Virus record (IMG/VR): IMGVR_UViG_3300006916_000059
Location: 1-54,234 of that record
Reading direction: 5' to 3' (one strand)
Source: a virus
Lineage: Duplodnaviria > Caudoviricetes
Length of the DNA stretch: 54,234 nucleotides
Shown one piece after another: positions 17,520 through 27,097 of the stretch. The position numbers were made by a program, and so were the translations under genes. Position 1 is the first letter of the stretch; the number at the start of each line of letters is the position of its first letter. The notes below the pieces were generated by a model, which did not search any database, was not told the origin of the DNA, and saw nothing but the letters and a program-made list of their open reading frames with translations.

Positions 17520-17933
17520 GTGGCTAAAAATAACGCAAACGCCAGAATAAGAAGAAGGATTGCAGAAATCCTCTTCGAGAGGGGTGAAATGACCCGTTCT
17601 GCCGTTGCGAGTATTCTTTTAGAAGAAGGTAATTTTAGAGTAATGCCTTCTGACGCAAGCCTCTCTGCTATGCTTGCTAAAAATATACAGATAATACAGA
17701 CAGGAACAGATAAGGTTGATGTTGGGGATGGTACAATGACTATCAATTCTGTCTATGCGATTGATGATTCGATTATCAAAGACGAAGAAGACTTAGTATT
17801 TACAAGACCTTATTCGAGTATGACTGTTGCAGAAAAAAAGAATGCCATTAGATGTTTAGGTTGTAAACAAATGAGGCTGATACAAGAGGATTGGTCTGAA
17901 TGTCTGATATGTCAGAGAAGACCGTCTGATTAA
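17520..17933 (+). CDS. wHTH plus C-terminal Zn-ribbon protein
   Basis: RRRIAEILFERGEMTRSAVASIL; CLGC...CLIC. Confidence 0.6.
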   Translation: MAKNNANARIRRRIAEILFERGEMTRSAVASILLEEGNFRVMPSDASLSAMLAKNIQIIQTGTDKVDVGDGTMTINSVYAIDDSIIKDEEDLVFTRPYSSMTVAEKKNAIRCLGCKQMRLIQEDWSECLICQRRPSD

Positions 17934-17959
17934 TAAGGACATGGGGTTTACTCACTAAT

Positions 17960-18229
17960 ATGGTGAGAATCAAAGCGGAATGGAGACTCCACAGGACTAA
18001 CAACGAATCGCACCTTACTTCCAAAGGAGGTAAGTATTACTGCGGTGCGCCTATACACGATATGGGCGAGATTACAGACAAACAAGCACTTTCACTTCCT
18101 CTCTGTACCGACTGCTTCCCAGAAGGTATACAGGGATATGGGAAAGATACCTCCGCAGGGGGTGAAGAGGCGGTGAAGCAGAGCGCAAAGCGTTCCGTCT
18201 CTCACTCCCGCAAGGGGGTGTGGTTATGA
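17960..18229 (+). CDS. Small H-C-CxxC Zn-finger protein
   Basis: SHL...YYCG...LCTDC; preceded by the conserved promoter. Confidence 0.55.
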   Translation: MVRIKAEWRLHRTNNESHLTSKGGKYYCGAPIHDMGEITDKQALSLPLCTDCFPEGIQGYGKDTSAGGEEAVKQSAKRSVSHSRKGVWL

Positions 18230-18825
18230 CATTATACATAGGTATATGCGGAAATATGAAATCCGGTAAATCTACTCTTGCTGGTCTGCTTGCACAGAAA
18301 TTCGACTTACCCATACTATCTTTCGCAGAAAGTCTTAGAGAAGAAGTAGCACAGGCATTTTTCCATAAGCAACAGAAGCGTGAGGCTCGTTACTTATGGG
18401 ATTTATTAGAAGCACAAGATAAGACTCGCACAAGACCTCTTCTTCAAGCATGGGGTCAAGGTCGTAGGGCATTAGTTGACCCCGACTATTGGGTTGAGAG
18501 ACTACAGAAATATGCTGACAAACAAGGTTACGGCGTTGCTATTATTGATGATGTTAGACATACCAACGAAGCCTTGCATATACTTAACATGGGTGGGATG
18601 GTAATACGCTTAGACGCAAACCAACAGACTCTAATTAATCGTGGTGCTACAGGCTTTGCACATATAAGCGAGCAGTTGGAACCCGTTGATGAAGTATTAT
18701 CGGAAACGCAATATGCCCATCAGAGCATATTCTTTGATACTACGGGTATGTCTCCTCTCGGTATGTATAGAAGACTCGTTCCTTTAGTTGACGACTTCCT
18801 AAAGACATGGGGTGAAGAGGAATGA
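18226..18825 (+). CDS. Deoxynucleoside monophosphate kinase (T4 gp1-like)
   Basis: IGICGNMKSGKST P-loop, SFAESLR, RPLLQAWG, IIDDVRHTNE, HISE. Confidence 0.85.
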   Translation: MTLYIGICGNMKSGKSTLAGLLAQKFDLPILSFAESLREEVAQAFFHKQQKREARYLWDLLEAQDKTRTRPLLQAWGQGRRALVDPDYWVERLQKYADKQGYGVAIIDDVRHTNEALHILNMGGMVIRLDANQQTLINRGATGFAHISEQLEPVDEVLSETQYAHQSIFFDTTGMSPLGMYRRLVPLVDDFLKTWGEEE

Positions 18826-19004
18826 AGAGAGTAAGTAGATTTCTTGTAAAGAGGATTCTCAAAAAAGAAGGAATACCTCTCTGCGAAATATGTAAAGATA
18901 GTATAGCAAAGACTTCTATGACTTTGTGTCTTGAGTGCCAACAGATTTATGATGAAGATATGTATGCCCTACACATGAGAGATATGAGGGAGATGATGAG
19001 ATGA
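18822..19004 (+). CDS. Small Zn-finger protein
   Basis: CEIC...CLEC. Confidence 0.5.
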   Translation: MKRVSRFLVKRILKKEGIPLCEICKDSIAKTSMTLCLECQQIYDEDMYALHMRDMREMMR

Positions 19005-19894
19005 TTTGGTGCGAGAAGTATAGACCTAAGACATTTGAAGAAGTCGTAGGTCAAGATATAATAGTATCAGAGATGATGAATATTACATCAGAAAATATGA
19101 ATCATTTCCTCCTCCATAGTGTCGGTGCTGGAACAGGCAAGACCTCAATAGCATATCTATTAGCAAGGCATCTTAATTTCAATTTGCATATCTACAATGC
19201 GAGTAGCAAAAGAACCAGAGGTATAGAGTTTATCGAAGAAGAAATCATCCCTATGTCGCAGAGTGGTATGTGGGAGACTATCATCTTATTAGATGAAGCA
19301 GATAGACTTACTTTACAGGCTCAAGACGCACTTAAAGGTGTTATCGAAAACGCAACTTGTTATTTTGTTCTGACTTGTAATGATATTAGCAAAGTCACTC
19401 CTTTCCTACAGTCGAGGTGTCAACTTCGTCATTTCAAAGAGATAGAGATAGATGCTATTATCGAGAAACTAATCTACATATCCAACAAAGAAAACTGTTA
19501 TGTTCCCGATGAACATATCAGAGCAATAGCACACGCTCACAGAGGCGATTTGAGAAATGCTATTAATTGTCTTCAAGCATACAATACAGTAACACACCAA
19601 GATAGAGACTCCTTTGTTCTAAGTCTTGATGTATCAGATTTTAATCCTAAGACTTTCCTTCGCATATGTGCAAAGGAAAGAAGTGTAGACATGGCGGTAG
19701 GTCTGACTAAGGATATGCCTATGAGGGTAGTTATCCGAAAGGTCTTCGATTATGCCGTCAATTCAGACGCATCAGCAGAAGCAAAGATGCGAGTTATAGA
19801 GTCCTCTATTATCAGCGAAAGAGACATACTGCAAGGTTGTGATGAGACAATAGTCCGTTGGGATTTCTGTCGTATGTTGGCATCGAGGGATTAA
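19001..19894 (+). CDS. rfcS: Replication factor C small subunit (clamp loader)
   Basis: WCEKYRPKTFEEVVGQ, GAGTGKT, YNAS, LLDEAD, SRC, GDLRNAIN. Confidence 0.92.
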   Translation: MIWCEKYRPKTFEEVVGQDIIVSEMMNITSENMNHFLLHSVGAGTGKTSIAYLLARHLNFNLHIYNASSKRTRGIEFIEEEIIPMSQSGMWETIILLDEADRLTLQAQDALKGVIENATCYFVLTCNDISKVTPFLQSRCQLRHFKEIEIDAIIEKLIYISNKENCYVPDEHIRAIAHAHRGDLRNAINCLQAYNTVTHQDRDSFVLSLDVSDFNPKTFLRICAKERSVDMAVGLTKDMPMRVVIRKVFDYAVNSDASAEAKMRVIESSIISERDILQGCDETIVRWDFCRMLASRD

Positions 19895-19937
19895 TAAGGA
19901 CATGGGTATAACGGAAATATGAAGCAGGTGAAAACTG

Positions 19938-21161
19938 ATGATAAGTAGCGAGATGTATGAAAGAGTAGCAAAGAATGTGGGTTGTTCATTGAATGAATTA
20001 CTCGCACGACACAAGAAGGCTAAGGACACACATGCCGTGTCACTCGTAGCGGCGGGTGTATCAGAAGCAGAGGTTGAAAACAAGACCTTGCGAATGGCAG
20101 CGGCTGAAATGAGAGCAGAGAAAGCAAGACTATCCCGTAGTGGATGCACTATGTTAGAAGGTATGTTCTTGAGTAGTCCAAGATACAAAGATTGGGGTAA
20201 AGTGTTTTACACAAAGTATCAGAATATGTTGAAGACATTAGACGAAGAAGGCAGAAAGAACCTTGTAGCACAAGGTCTTATCACTCTGTATCTACATGAT
20301 GATTCGCAAGGCGGATATAGGATTGTTCACAATCCTACACTTACAAACAAGACTCCTTTTGCAGTTGAATTGGGAGAAATGTCCGGTGACAAGTTGCCTA
20401 AACAAGCGACAGATATTGGAGACGGCACAGGTTACTTCGTATGTATCGAGAACAAAACCTCGCCTACATATCCTTCGGGTTCTCCTAACTACGCATATGG
20501 AAAGGCAAGAGCGACTTCTGATTTAGAAAGAACCTGCCTTTTCTTAGGTAGAGAACAGGGTAGTGAGGATGCGCCGAAACTGATTCCTATGAAATTCAGA
20601 GGAGATTTAGCAAAGGTAAATTATCCTACCTTCTCTCCTCTACAAATACCTGCCAATCTATCTAAGAATGGCGTAGCGTATACAAAGGCTGGAGTTTCGC
20701 AATATACTCTTGATTCAAACCTTGCGAGTATTTTCCCTAAAGCCCCTCTTATGTCTGATGGTTCTGGTCTAATCCCAGACCACATTACTATGCTTGACGG
20801 TCTTGACTTTATCGAAGACCATGTAAATACTCTCTCTGATAAAGAGAAGTGGGATGCTCTTGTATGTATAGTGATGGAAGTCGCACACATTGACCCAAGA
20901 GAAAGTGGTGGTTATATTCTAACTCTATCTGATTTAGATTTGACCTCTCTATCAGCCCCTCTCGACTTGTATGTATCGCAAGAAGAGGATTCTAAAGTTT
21001 CATTCGGTGTTGGTTCAGTTGTAGCCGTAGTCGGTTCTCCTTATGTGAATCGAGACGGAGACGGAAAATTAGCAACGACAGGTTGGTTCTGTGTTGAAGA
21101 AGTCGGTGTCCTTACGGACACTGACTCTTCTTCCCAGACTGAAATAGACGATTGGGAGTGA
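19938..21161 (+). CDS. Putative ssDNA-binding protein (RPA/OB-fold) with an acidic tail
   Basis: Position in the replication module; OB-like C-terminal segment (IVMEVAHID...ILTLSD...VVAVVG); tail QTEIDDWE. Confidence 0.5.
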   Translation: MISSEMYERVAKNVGCSLNELLARHKKAKDTHAVSLVAAGVSEAEVENKTLRMAAAEMRAEKARLSRSGCTMLEGMFLSSPRYKDWGKVFYTKYQNMLKTLDEEGRKNLVAQGLITLYLHDDSQGGYRIVHNPTLTNKTPFAVELGEMSGDKLPKQATDIGDGTGYFVCIENKTSPTYPSGSPNYAYGKARATSDLERTCLFLGREQGSEDAPKLIPMKFRGDLAKVNYPTFSPLQIPANLSKNGVAYTKAGVSQYTLDSNLASIFPKAPLMSDGSGLIPDHITMLDGLDFIEDHVNTLSDKEKWDALVCIVMEVAHIDPRESGGYILTLSDLDLTSLSAPLDLYVSQEEDSKVSFGVGSVVAVVGSPYVNRDGDGKLATTGWFCVEEVGVLTDTDSSSQTEIDDWE

Positions 21162-21165
21162 TACA

Positions 21166-22113
21166 ATGAGTTGGGGAACAAAAGAGGAGAGTAAACAAGA
21201 GCAAGAAGGCGCAAAGTATGGTATAGAGCATTTCAGAGAATTGTTCTCAAGACCAAGAGTCTCTGATAATCCTATCAGAATGGCTCTTGTCGCAAAGGAA
21301 AACTGTGCTAAGACGGGTCTGGCGGTTGATATTGCCAGAGGGAGAACGGACAAAGAGATTATCATCATAGATGTTGATAATTCTGCGATTCAGACAGTTA
21401 CATGTAACTATCCACATGACAAAAATATAAAGGTTGTTCCTTTGTTTGACGAAACCGATTCTTTTATCTTCAACGAAGATAATTCTACTAATTGGACTGC
21501 TCTGATTGACAAGATGGGTTACTTCATTAAGTTAATCGGAGAGGAAGCGAGGAAAGGAGAGATAGGTGCGGTCATCATTGATGGAGGCTCTACTTTCTTG
21601 AAGTGGTGCGAATTGGCTATGACTGATGTTCTGATGAATAGGTCTAAGAATCCTATCAATGTTGAAGATGGAGATAAATTCAATCAAGCAGAATGGCGCA
21701 TTCGCAACCAATTATTCCGTGATGTAATGAATAGAGCGCATCAACTACCCGTTGACGCAGTATTCTTTACTTACCATCTAAAAGATGTTAAGCAGTTCGC
21801 AGACATAGGAAACGGGCAGAAAGGTCTAATGAAAGTAGGCGAACAACCGGATTGGGAAAAGGGAACAATGAGATTGTTCTCGCAACAGATTTTCTTAGCA
21901 AGATACACCAAGAAAGGTGATGTTGCGGCTGGCGTTAAGTCTGACCCACAGATGAATGAAAACGAGTGGGAAATTCGAGCAACCATAGAAGAAATGAAAG
22001 GGTGGAACCAAGAACATTTAGGCACTACGCATACTGTTTTGCGAGTATCTGATGGTAATGTTGAATGGTTCGGTCTGCCGTTCTTGAAATGGAGTGCTGA
22101 CAATGAAGGTTAG
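21166..22113 (+). CDS. RadA/RecA-superfamily (Sak4/AAA_24-like) ATPase
   Basis: Variant Walker A ALVAKENCAKT, IIIDVDN, Walker B AVIIDGGS, W-x-x-R and FTYH motifs; adjacent to the SSB gene. Confidence 0.7.
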   Translation: MSWGTKEESKQEQEGAKYGIEHFRELFSRPRVSDNPIRMALVAKENCAKTGLAVDIARGRTDKEIIIIDVDNSAIQTVTCNYPHDKNIKVVPLFDETDSFIFNEDNSTNWTALIDKMGYFIKLIGEEARKGEIGAVIIDGGSTFLKWCELAMTDVLMNRSKNPINVEDGDKFNQAEWRIRNQLFRDVMNRAHQLPVDAVFFTYHLKDVKQFADIGNGQKGLMKVGEQPDWEKGTMRLFSQQIFLARYTKKGDVAAGVKSDPQMNENEWEIRATIEEMKGWNQEHLGTTHTVLRVSDGNVEWFGLPFLKWSADNEG

Positions 22114-22324
22114 GCAGGTATTCCCGTCTCGCAAAAGACAGTGGCATTACGCAGTTGACATAGGGGTGACGGGTAAATCGTATTTACTGTGTAGAGGTGT
22201 AGACACTTTTGGTATCTACACATCAGAACAACCTACTGATAAAAACGGTGATTTGAAAGAGCGAGAGCCGTGTAAGATGTGTGCAAGAATGGCAGAAAAG
22301 CATCCTTATATCACGGTGGTTTAA
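22103..22324 (+). CDS. Small H-C-CxxC Zn-finger protein
   Basis: WHY...LLCRG...PCKMC. Confidence 0.5.
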   Translation: MKVRQVFPSRKRQWHYAVDIGVTGKSYLLCRGVDTFGIYTSEQPTDKNGDLKEREPCKMCARMAEKHPYITVV

Positions 22325-22350
22325 TAAGGACATAGGAAGGTGTGTAGTAT

Positions 22351-23163
22351 ATGCTTAAGGTAAGTAAGGCAGAATTAGAGAAGTTGTTGAGTAGAACACA
22401 GAGAGTATGTAATATCAATGGAAAACCCATACCTCAAGTAAAGGGGTGTGTGATTAGTGGGTCTGATGATAATCTATTATCCACTACTAACATAGTTAGG
22501 GATGGAATATCAAGTGTTGCTACTTTTTCATGTTTAGCAAACGAAGTAGACGAACAAGAATATGTTATACCGGACATTGAGAAGATGTTGGGTGTCTTAA
22601 AACCTCATCGTGGAGTTATCACTTTAGAATCTAAAGAAGACAAGATAGTTATTAAATCGAGTGGCAGACAGACTACCTTATCGGCTGATTCAAGGGCTTT
22701 AGCATTCCCCCATACAAAGAAAACAGTTAGTGAATGGTATGCAGAATCAAAAGGTAGAATAGCCTCTATCAACCCACTTACAGGTTCCTACAAAATGCGA
22801 GACGGCAGTATTAGAGAGCCTTTTATTGAGTTGCAGATAATGGGTTCTGAATTTAAAAATGCTATTGATGCTGGTAATGTAAACGGGCAAAAAGTAAACA
22901 GGTGTTTGCTAAAGTGGGATTCTATGAAGCGTCTATATATTGAGTCTGGTAATATTTTATTGGGTAAAACCGAGACTTGTTTAGCAAGCACAGAAGATGA
23001 TGTAGCACCTTTTGAGTTTGAGTTTGAAGGCGGTTTAGAGAAATGTCTTACTGACGGTCTGGTAAACCTTTACTTCTTAGATTTCACAGAAGAATCGCAA
23101 GGTTATTCTATAGTCTTAGTAGACATGGAAAACAATGTTATATTTCAAAGAGGAGTAGTATGA
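22351..23163 (+). CDS. DNA sliding clamp (PCNA-sized, divergent)
   Basis: 270 aa with two clamp-like alpha/beta repeats (e.g. IPDIEKMLGVLK...ITLESKEDKIVIKS; MGSEFKNAID); RFC and PolB nearby. Confidence 0.6.
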   Translation: MLKVSKAELEKLLSRTQRVCNINGKPIPQVKGCVISGSDDNLLSTTNIVRDGISSVATFSCLANEVDEQEYVIPDIEKMLGVLKPHRGVITLESKEDKIVIKSSGRQTTLSADSRALAFPHTKKTVSEWYAESKGRIASINPLTGSYKMRDGSIREPFIELQIMGSEFKNAIDAGNVNGQKVNRCLLKWDSMKRLYIESGNILLGKTETCLASTEDDVAPFEFEFEGGLEKCLTDGLVNLYFLDFTEESQGYSIVLVDMENNVIFQRGVV

Positions 23164-23525
23164 GCATAAATTTAGCAGATTGGGCAGAAGAACAACCTCT
23201 TCATAGGATTCAGAATATAGCAAGTAGGGGGATAAAACTCCCTGCTTCTGAAATAGAATGGACTATGAAGCATATGGGTTCTGTTATGTCTATCACTAAA
23301 TTACACAGAAAAATAGTAGTTATGTATGCGGTTCTTAGAGATATGGAAGTAGGACAGATTCTTACGGCAGAATATATTGCTAATCTTGCTAACGAATATT
23401 GTAGACCTAATGCGATAATACATACTCGTATGGTGTCAAGAATCTTAATGCTTCTCGCAAAATGGGGCTACATACAGAGAATACCAATCAATTCAAATAT
23501 CTATGAGTATAAGAGGATTAAATGA
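23160..23525 (+). CDS. Winged-helix protein
   Basis: LTAEYIANL...TRMVSRILMLLAKWGYIQR...YEYKR. Confidence 0.6.
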   Translation: MSINLADWAEEQPLHRIQNIASRGIKLPASEIEWTMKHMGSVMSITKLHRKIVVMYAVLRDMEVGQILTAEYIANLANEYCRPNAIIHTRMVSRILMLLAKWGYIQRIPINSNIYEYKRIK

Positions 23526-24319
23526 TGCAACACGACATAATATGTTCCGATTTCCTCAAAGCAGATTTGGGAGATAGAAAATTTAGGTCGTGTATAACTT
23601 CTCCCCCATACTACGGGATGAGAACCTATGGTGATGACTCTGATGAGATAGGTAAAGGACAAACTCTCGATGAATATATAGGGAGTATGGTTGAAGTTTG
23701 TCGCAAAGTACGGGAACATCTAACTGACGATGGTACTTTATGGTTGAATGTGGGGGATTCATACAATGGTTCTGGCGGGGCTGGTTCTGATTACAAAGAA
23801 GGTGGTATCAAAGATTCTAAGAATAAATGGGGTGCGAGGAATGTTGGGGGTCTTGCTAAAAAGAATCTAATAGGTGTAGGTTGGAGGTTGGCTCTGGCTC
23901 TACAGGCTGACGGATGGATTCTGCGAAGTGAGATAATATGGAATAAAAGCAAATCATATCCTCAACCGGAGGCTTATATCAAAAGACCTATACCTAAACA
24001 CGAACAGATATTCATGCTAACAAAATCCCCAGACTATCACTATAATGCGAATAATCTTTTCACCGTCTGGGATATGACCCCTGCTAACAACGGACACGAA
24101 GCACCCTTCCCACTTGAATTACCGATTAAATGTATTTTAGCAAGCACCGATGAGGATGATTGGGTCTTAGACCCCTTTGGTGGGTCTGGAACAACGGCAG
24201 TCGCTTGCGAATTATTAGGAAGAAACTCTACTATGGTAGAGTTATATGCCGAATCTTGCGAGCGAATAAGAGCGAAACTTAAAGATATTCCAAACACAAA
24301 TGCGCTGGAATGGGTATGA
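23522..24319 (+). CDS. DNA amino-methyltransferase (N4-C/N6-A, beta class)
   Basis: ITSPPYY catalytic motif precedes VLDPFGGSGTT; HEAPFP. Confidence 0.92.
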   Translation: MMQHDIICSDFLKADLGDRKFRSCITSPPYYGMRTYGDDSDEIGKGQTLDEYIGSMVEVCRKVREHLTDDGTLWLNVGDSYNGSGGAGSDYKEGGIKDSKNKWGARNVGGLAKKNLIGVGWRLALALQADGWILRSEIIWNKSKSYPQPEAYIKRPIPKHEQIFMLTKSPDYHYNANNLFTVWDMTPANNGHEAPFPLELPIKCILASTDEDDWVLDPFGGSGTTAVACELLGRNSTMVELYAESCERIRAKLKDIPNTNALEWV

Positions 24320-24349
24320 TTAAAGGTCACAAAGAACATCGTAAAATCT

Positions 24350-24523
24350 ATGGTAATAGATGATAAATTAACACGATTTAGAGATAAAAAATGGCTTGAA
24401 GAACAGTATGTTAAAAGCACTATTTCGTTAATAGCAAAGAGGTATTCAGTTTCCCCTATGTTTGTTATGGATTGCCTTGAGTCTCATGGTATAGGCATCA
24501 GAGGATTTATATTGACTCGGTAA
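24350..24523 (+). CDS. 57-aa HTH protein (MVIDDKLTRFRDKKWLEEQY...HGI), not in the ORF track
   Basis: RDxxWLxxxY...IA...VS...L..HGI pattern seen in archaeal-virus HTH proteins; promoter-like attaaaggtcac about 30 nt upstream. Confidence 0.6.
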   Translation: MVIDDKLTRFRDKKWLEEQYVKSTISLIAKRYSVSPMFVMDCLESHGIGIRGFILTR

Positions 24524-24535
24524 GTACCTCTCTAT

Positions 24536-26764
24536 ATGATAGTAGAGAGAGGTAGAGGAAACTCCGTAAATGTATTTTACAGAGATGGAGAAGGCAATAG
24601 AAAAAAAGCCGTTCTCGGTAAGAATATGTTGCCTTACCTATACACTAAAGAAGGCGATAAGGATATAGGTATAGCGTGTAAGAAAGAAGGTGGTTACACA
24701 GGTCTCTATGGAGAAAAATTAATCAAACAGACCTTTTACGGTACGGAGGATATGAGACAGATAGCAGATAGTATGCAGACATGGGAAAATAATATCAAAT
24801 GGGAAAACAAGGTTCTTGCTGATAGCAATCAATTCTTTGATAATTATGAGCATAGAGTCTGGTACATTGATATGGAATGGAAAATAGAATCTGGGGAGAT
24901 TACAATAGTAGTGGTAAGAGATTCGCAGAAAGGTGAGTTTGTATGGTTCACACATGCAGATTATGAGGCAGGGTATTACGATAGTATACCCTGCAAAGAC
25001 CATCCATACGGAAACACTTCTTGCGACAAAGGGGATAGGAAATTCAAATGTTGCTCAAATGAAAGAGAGATGTTGTTAGATGTTGCTAATCTTATGAAGG
25101 CTCATGACCCAGACATAATCACAGGTTGGAATGTAACTAACGCTGACTGTAAACAACTTCTGACTCGTATGAGACATAATAATATCAAAGCCGGTATACT
25201 ATCCCCTATGAACAGAGTTAGGTGGCGTTTTGGTGATTGGGAACAACCTATTGTAGGCAGAAATGTCATAGATTTAATGGTAGGTTTCAAGAAGTTATGG
25301 ACTTTGAAGAACGGACAACTACCGGCTATGTCTCTTGACGCAGTTTCTAATCACTGTCTTGGCGAAGAAAAAGTACCTCTAAAAGACGGACACGATACTT
25401 ATTATACTGATTTTGGTACTTATCTTGATTATGCGAGACAAGATGTGGCGTTACTGCCAAAGTTAAATGATTTGGTAGATGTTCTCGGCTACTTTACTGC
25501 CCTCCAGCATATCGTTCAGTGCGATATTCGTTCAACCCCATTCATCACTAAGATGTTTGCTATTCTCTGTATGAGAGATGAAGAGTTTGATTTGAAGATA
25601 CCAAGCAAAGCGCAATTTGACAAAGTAGAATACGAAGGTGCGGATATTATGACTCCTGTTGCTGGCGTGTATAACAACATAGGCATCTTTGATGTTAAGG
25701 CTATGTATCATAGTAATGTCAAAAAATACAATATCTGCTGGACTACCCTAAGCGATAAAGGTAGTGATTGTGGCAACGGTACTCGTTTTGATATGTCTAA
25801 AAGCGGTCTTCTTGGTAGACAGATGGACTACATGACTAACTTGCGAAATGAATACAAAGCGAGAAAGGCGCAAGCCAAGACAGAAGAAGAGGCTAAGAGA
25901 TATGACGCTCTGCAATACGCAACTAAGTCTTTGGTTGCCTCTATGTATGGTGTAGCCGGTGACGCTAAGTTTGGTATGTACCACCCTAAAATCGCAGACG
26001 CAATTACATACACTTCGAGAAAGACTTTGGGTGAATTAAGAGACCACGCAGAGGATTTAGGTTTCAAGGTCAGATACGGACATACCGACTCTATTATGTG
26101 CGAAGTACCTACGCCAGAAAAGGGTATAGAGGCTCTTAAGGTTATCAACGAAAGAATGTCTCCTATAGTAACAGAGTTTGAAAAATGGTCTGAATCATTC
26201 CTTGTTATGGCTAAAAACCGCTACGCAGGTCTTGTTTCTTGGACTGATGGGGAATATCATAAAGCAGAGAGGTATGTCAAAGGTATTGAGATGAAGCAAA
26301 GTAGGCTTCCAAAGGCTATGAAAAACGCTATGGGGATAGTCATTGATAATATCTTGAAAGGCGTGAGTGAGAGGGAAACTACCGACTCTCTTGCTAATTT
26401 AATCGAAGATGTTGTTGCCGAGAAAATCCCCGTTGCAGATTTAACTATCAAAGCAAAACTTAGCAACGATTTACATAAATATGCCGTATTATCTGAAGCC
26501 AGAGCAGGTGCTAAATGGGCTAATGATAATTTGGGTAAAGGTTATCGCAAAGATGACTACTTCCTCTGCACTTTAGACGAGTATGGCGAATACATAGCCT
26601 TTGATGACCCATCTGAAATACAAGGTATTGCTAAAGTTGGATTCAAAGAATTAGCAAGAAAATTTGTATTGGAAAAAGTAATTCCCTATTACGAAGTTAT
26701 GAATTGGGATTATATGCCTCTACAAAATTCCCTAAATGGTCTATCTGATGTAGTTTGGTTGTGA
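24536..26764 (+). CDS. polB: Family B DNA polymerase with 3'-5' exonuclease
   Basis: ExoI YIDME, ExoII GWN...D, ExoIII YARQD; Pol motifs FDVKAMYHS, KSLVASMYG, YGHTDS, KNRY, VKGIE. Confidence 0.95.
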   Translation: MIVERGRGNSVNVFYRDGEGNRKKAVLGKNMLPYLYTKEGDKDIGIACKKEGGYTGLYGEKLIKQTFYGTEDMRQIADSMQTWENNIKWENKVLADSNQFFDNYEHRVWYIDMEWKIESGEITIVVVRDSQKGEFVWFTHADYEAGYYDSIPCKDHPYGNTSCDKGDRKFKCCSNEREMLLDVANLMKAHDPDIITGWNVTNADCKQLLTRMRHNNIKAGILSPMNRVRWRFGDWEQPIVGRNVIDLMVGFKKLWTLKNGQLPAMSLDAVSNHCLGEEKVPLKDGHDTYYTDFGTYLDYARQDVALLPKLNDLVDVLGYFTALQHIVQCDIRSTPFITKMFAILCMRDEEFDLKIPSKAQFDKVEYEGADIMTPVAGVYNNIGIFDVKAMYHSNVKKYNICWTTLSDKGSDCGNGTRFDMSKSGLLGRQMDYMTNLRNEYKARKAQAKTEEEAKRYDALQYATKSLVASMYGVAGDAKFGMYHPKIADAITYTSRKTLGELRDHAEDLGFKVRYGHTDSIMCEVPTPEKGIEALKVINERMSPIVTEFEKWSESFLVMAKNRYAGLVSWTDGEYHKAERYVKGIEMKQSRLPKAMKNAMGIVIDNILKGVSERETTDSLANLIEDVVAEKIPVADLTIKAKLSNDLHKYAVLSEARAGAKWANDNLGKGYRKDDYFLCTLDEYGEYIAFDDPSEIQGIAKVGFKELARKFVLEKVIPYYEVMNWDYMPLQNSLNGLSDVVWL

Positions 26765-26800
26765 GATAGGTTTATTAGGTCATAGGAGTGTGGGGATAAT

Positions 26801-27097
26801 ATGGGCAGGGAAAGTAAGAAACCTACGATAAAACAGATTGACGAAAAGATGAGTATTATGGCTGGGAGGATTGACGGCTTCCTACATATGATTATGCAAG
26901 AATTGGAGAAGCATAACACTCTGATACTAAGAACACTACAACATCTTGATTTGATTTCAGAAGATAAATGTCCTTCATGCTCTGGGTCAATCAGAGTACC
27001 ACAATTTGAAGGTATTGAAAGACCAGACATATGTCCTTACTGCGAAGCCTCTCTTGATGATACAGAGCAGACTACTCTACCTTTAGAAGAGGAATGA
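26801..27097 (+). CDS. Coiled-coil plus Zn-ribbon protein
   Basis: CPSC...CPYC; preceded by the conserved promoter. Confidence 0.6.
   Translation: MGRESKKPTIKQIDEKMSIMAGRIDGFLHMIMQELEKHNTLILRTLQHLDLISEDKCPSCSGSIRVPQFEGIERPDICPYCEASLDDTEQTTLPLEEE

Noticed and set aside
24316-24523. Possible frameshift or read-through: ATG at 24316 would give MIKVTKNIVKSMVIDD... if one A were removed, and the HTH ORF is in frame after the MTase TGA
   Set aside because: The same bases (attaaaggtcac) match the conserved promoter about 30 nt before ATG 24350, so a leaderless start is simpler; read inspection would settle it
24536-26764. Inteins in PolB, MCM or RFC; tRNA genes; integrase
   Set aside because: Protein lengths and motif spacing leave no room for inteins; no cloverleaf or recombinase motifs were recognised in the window
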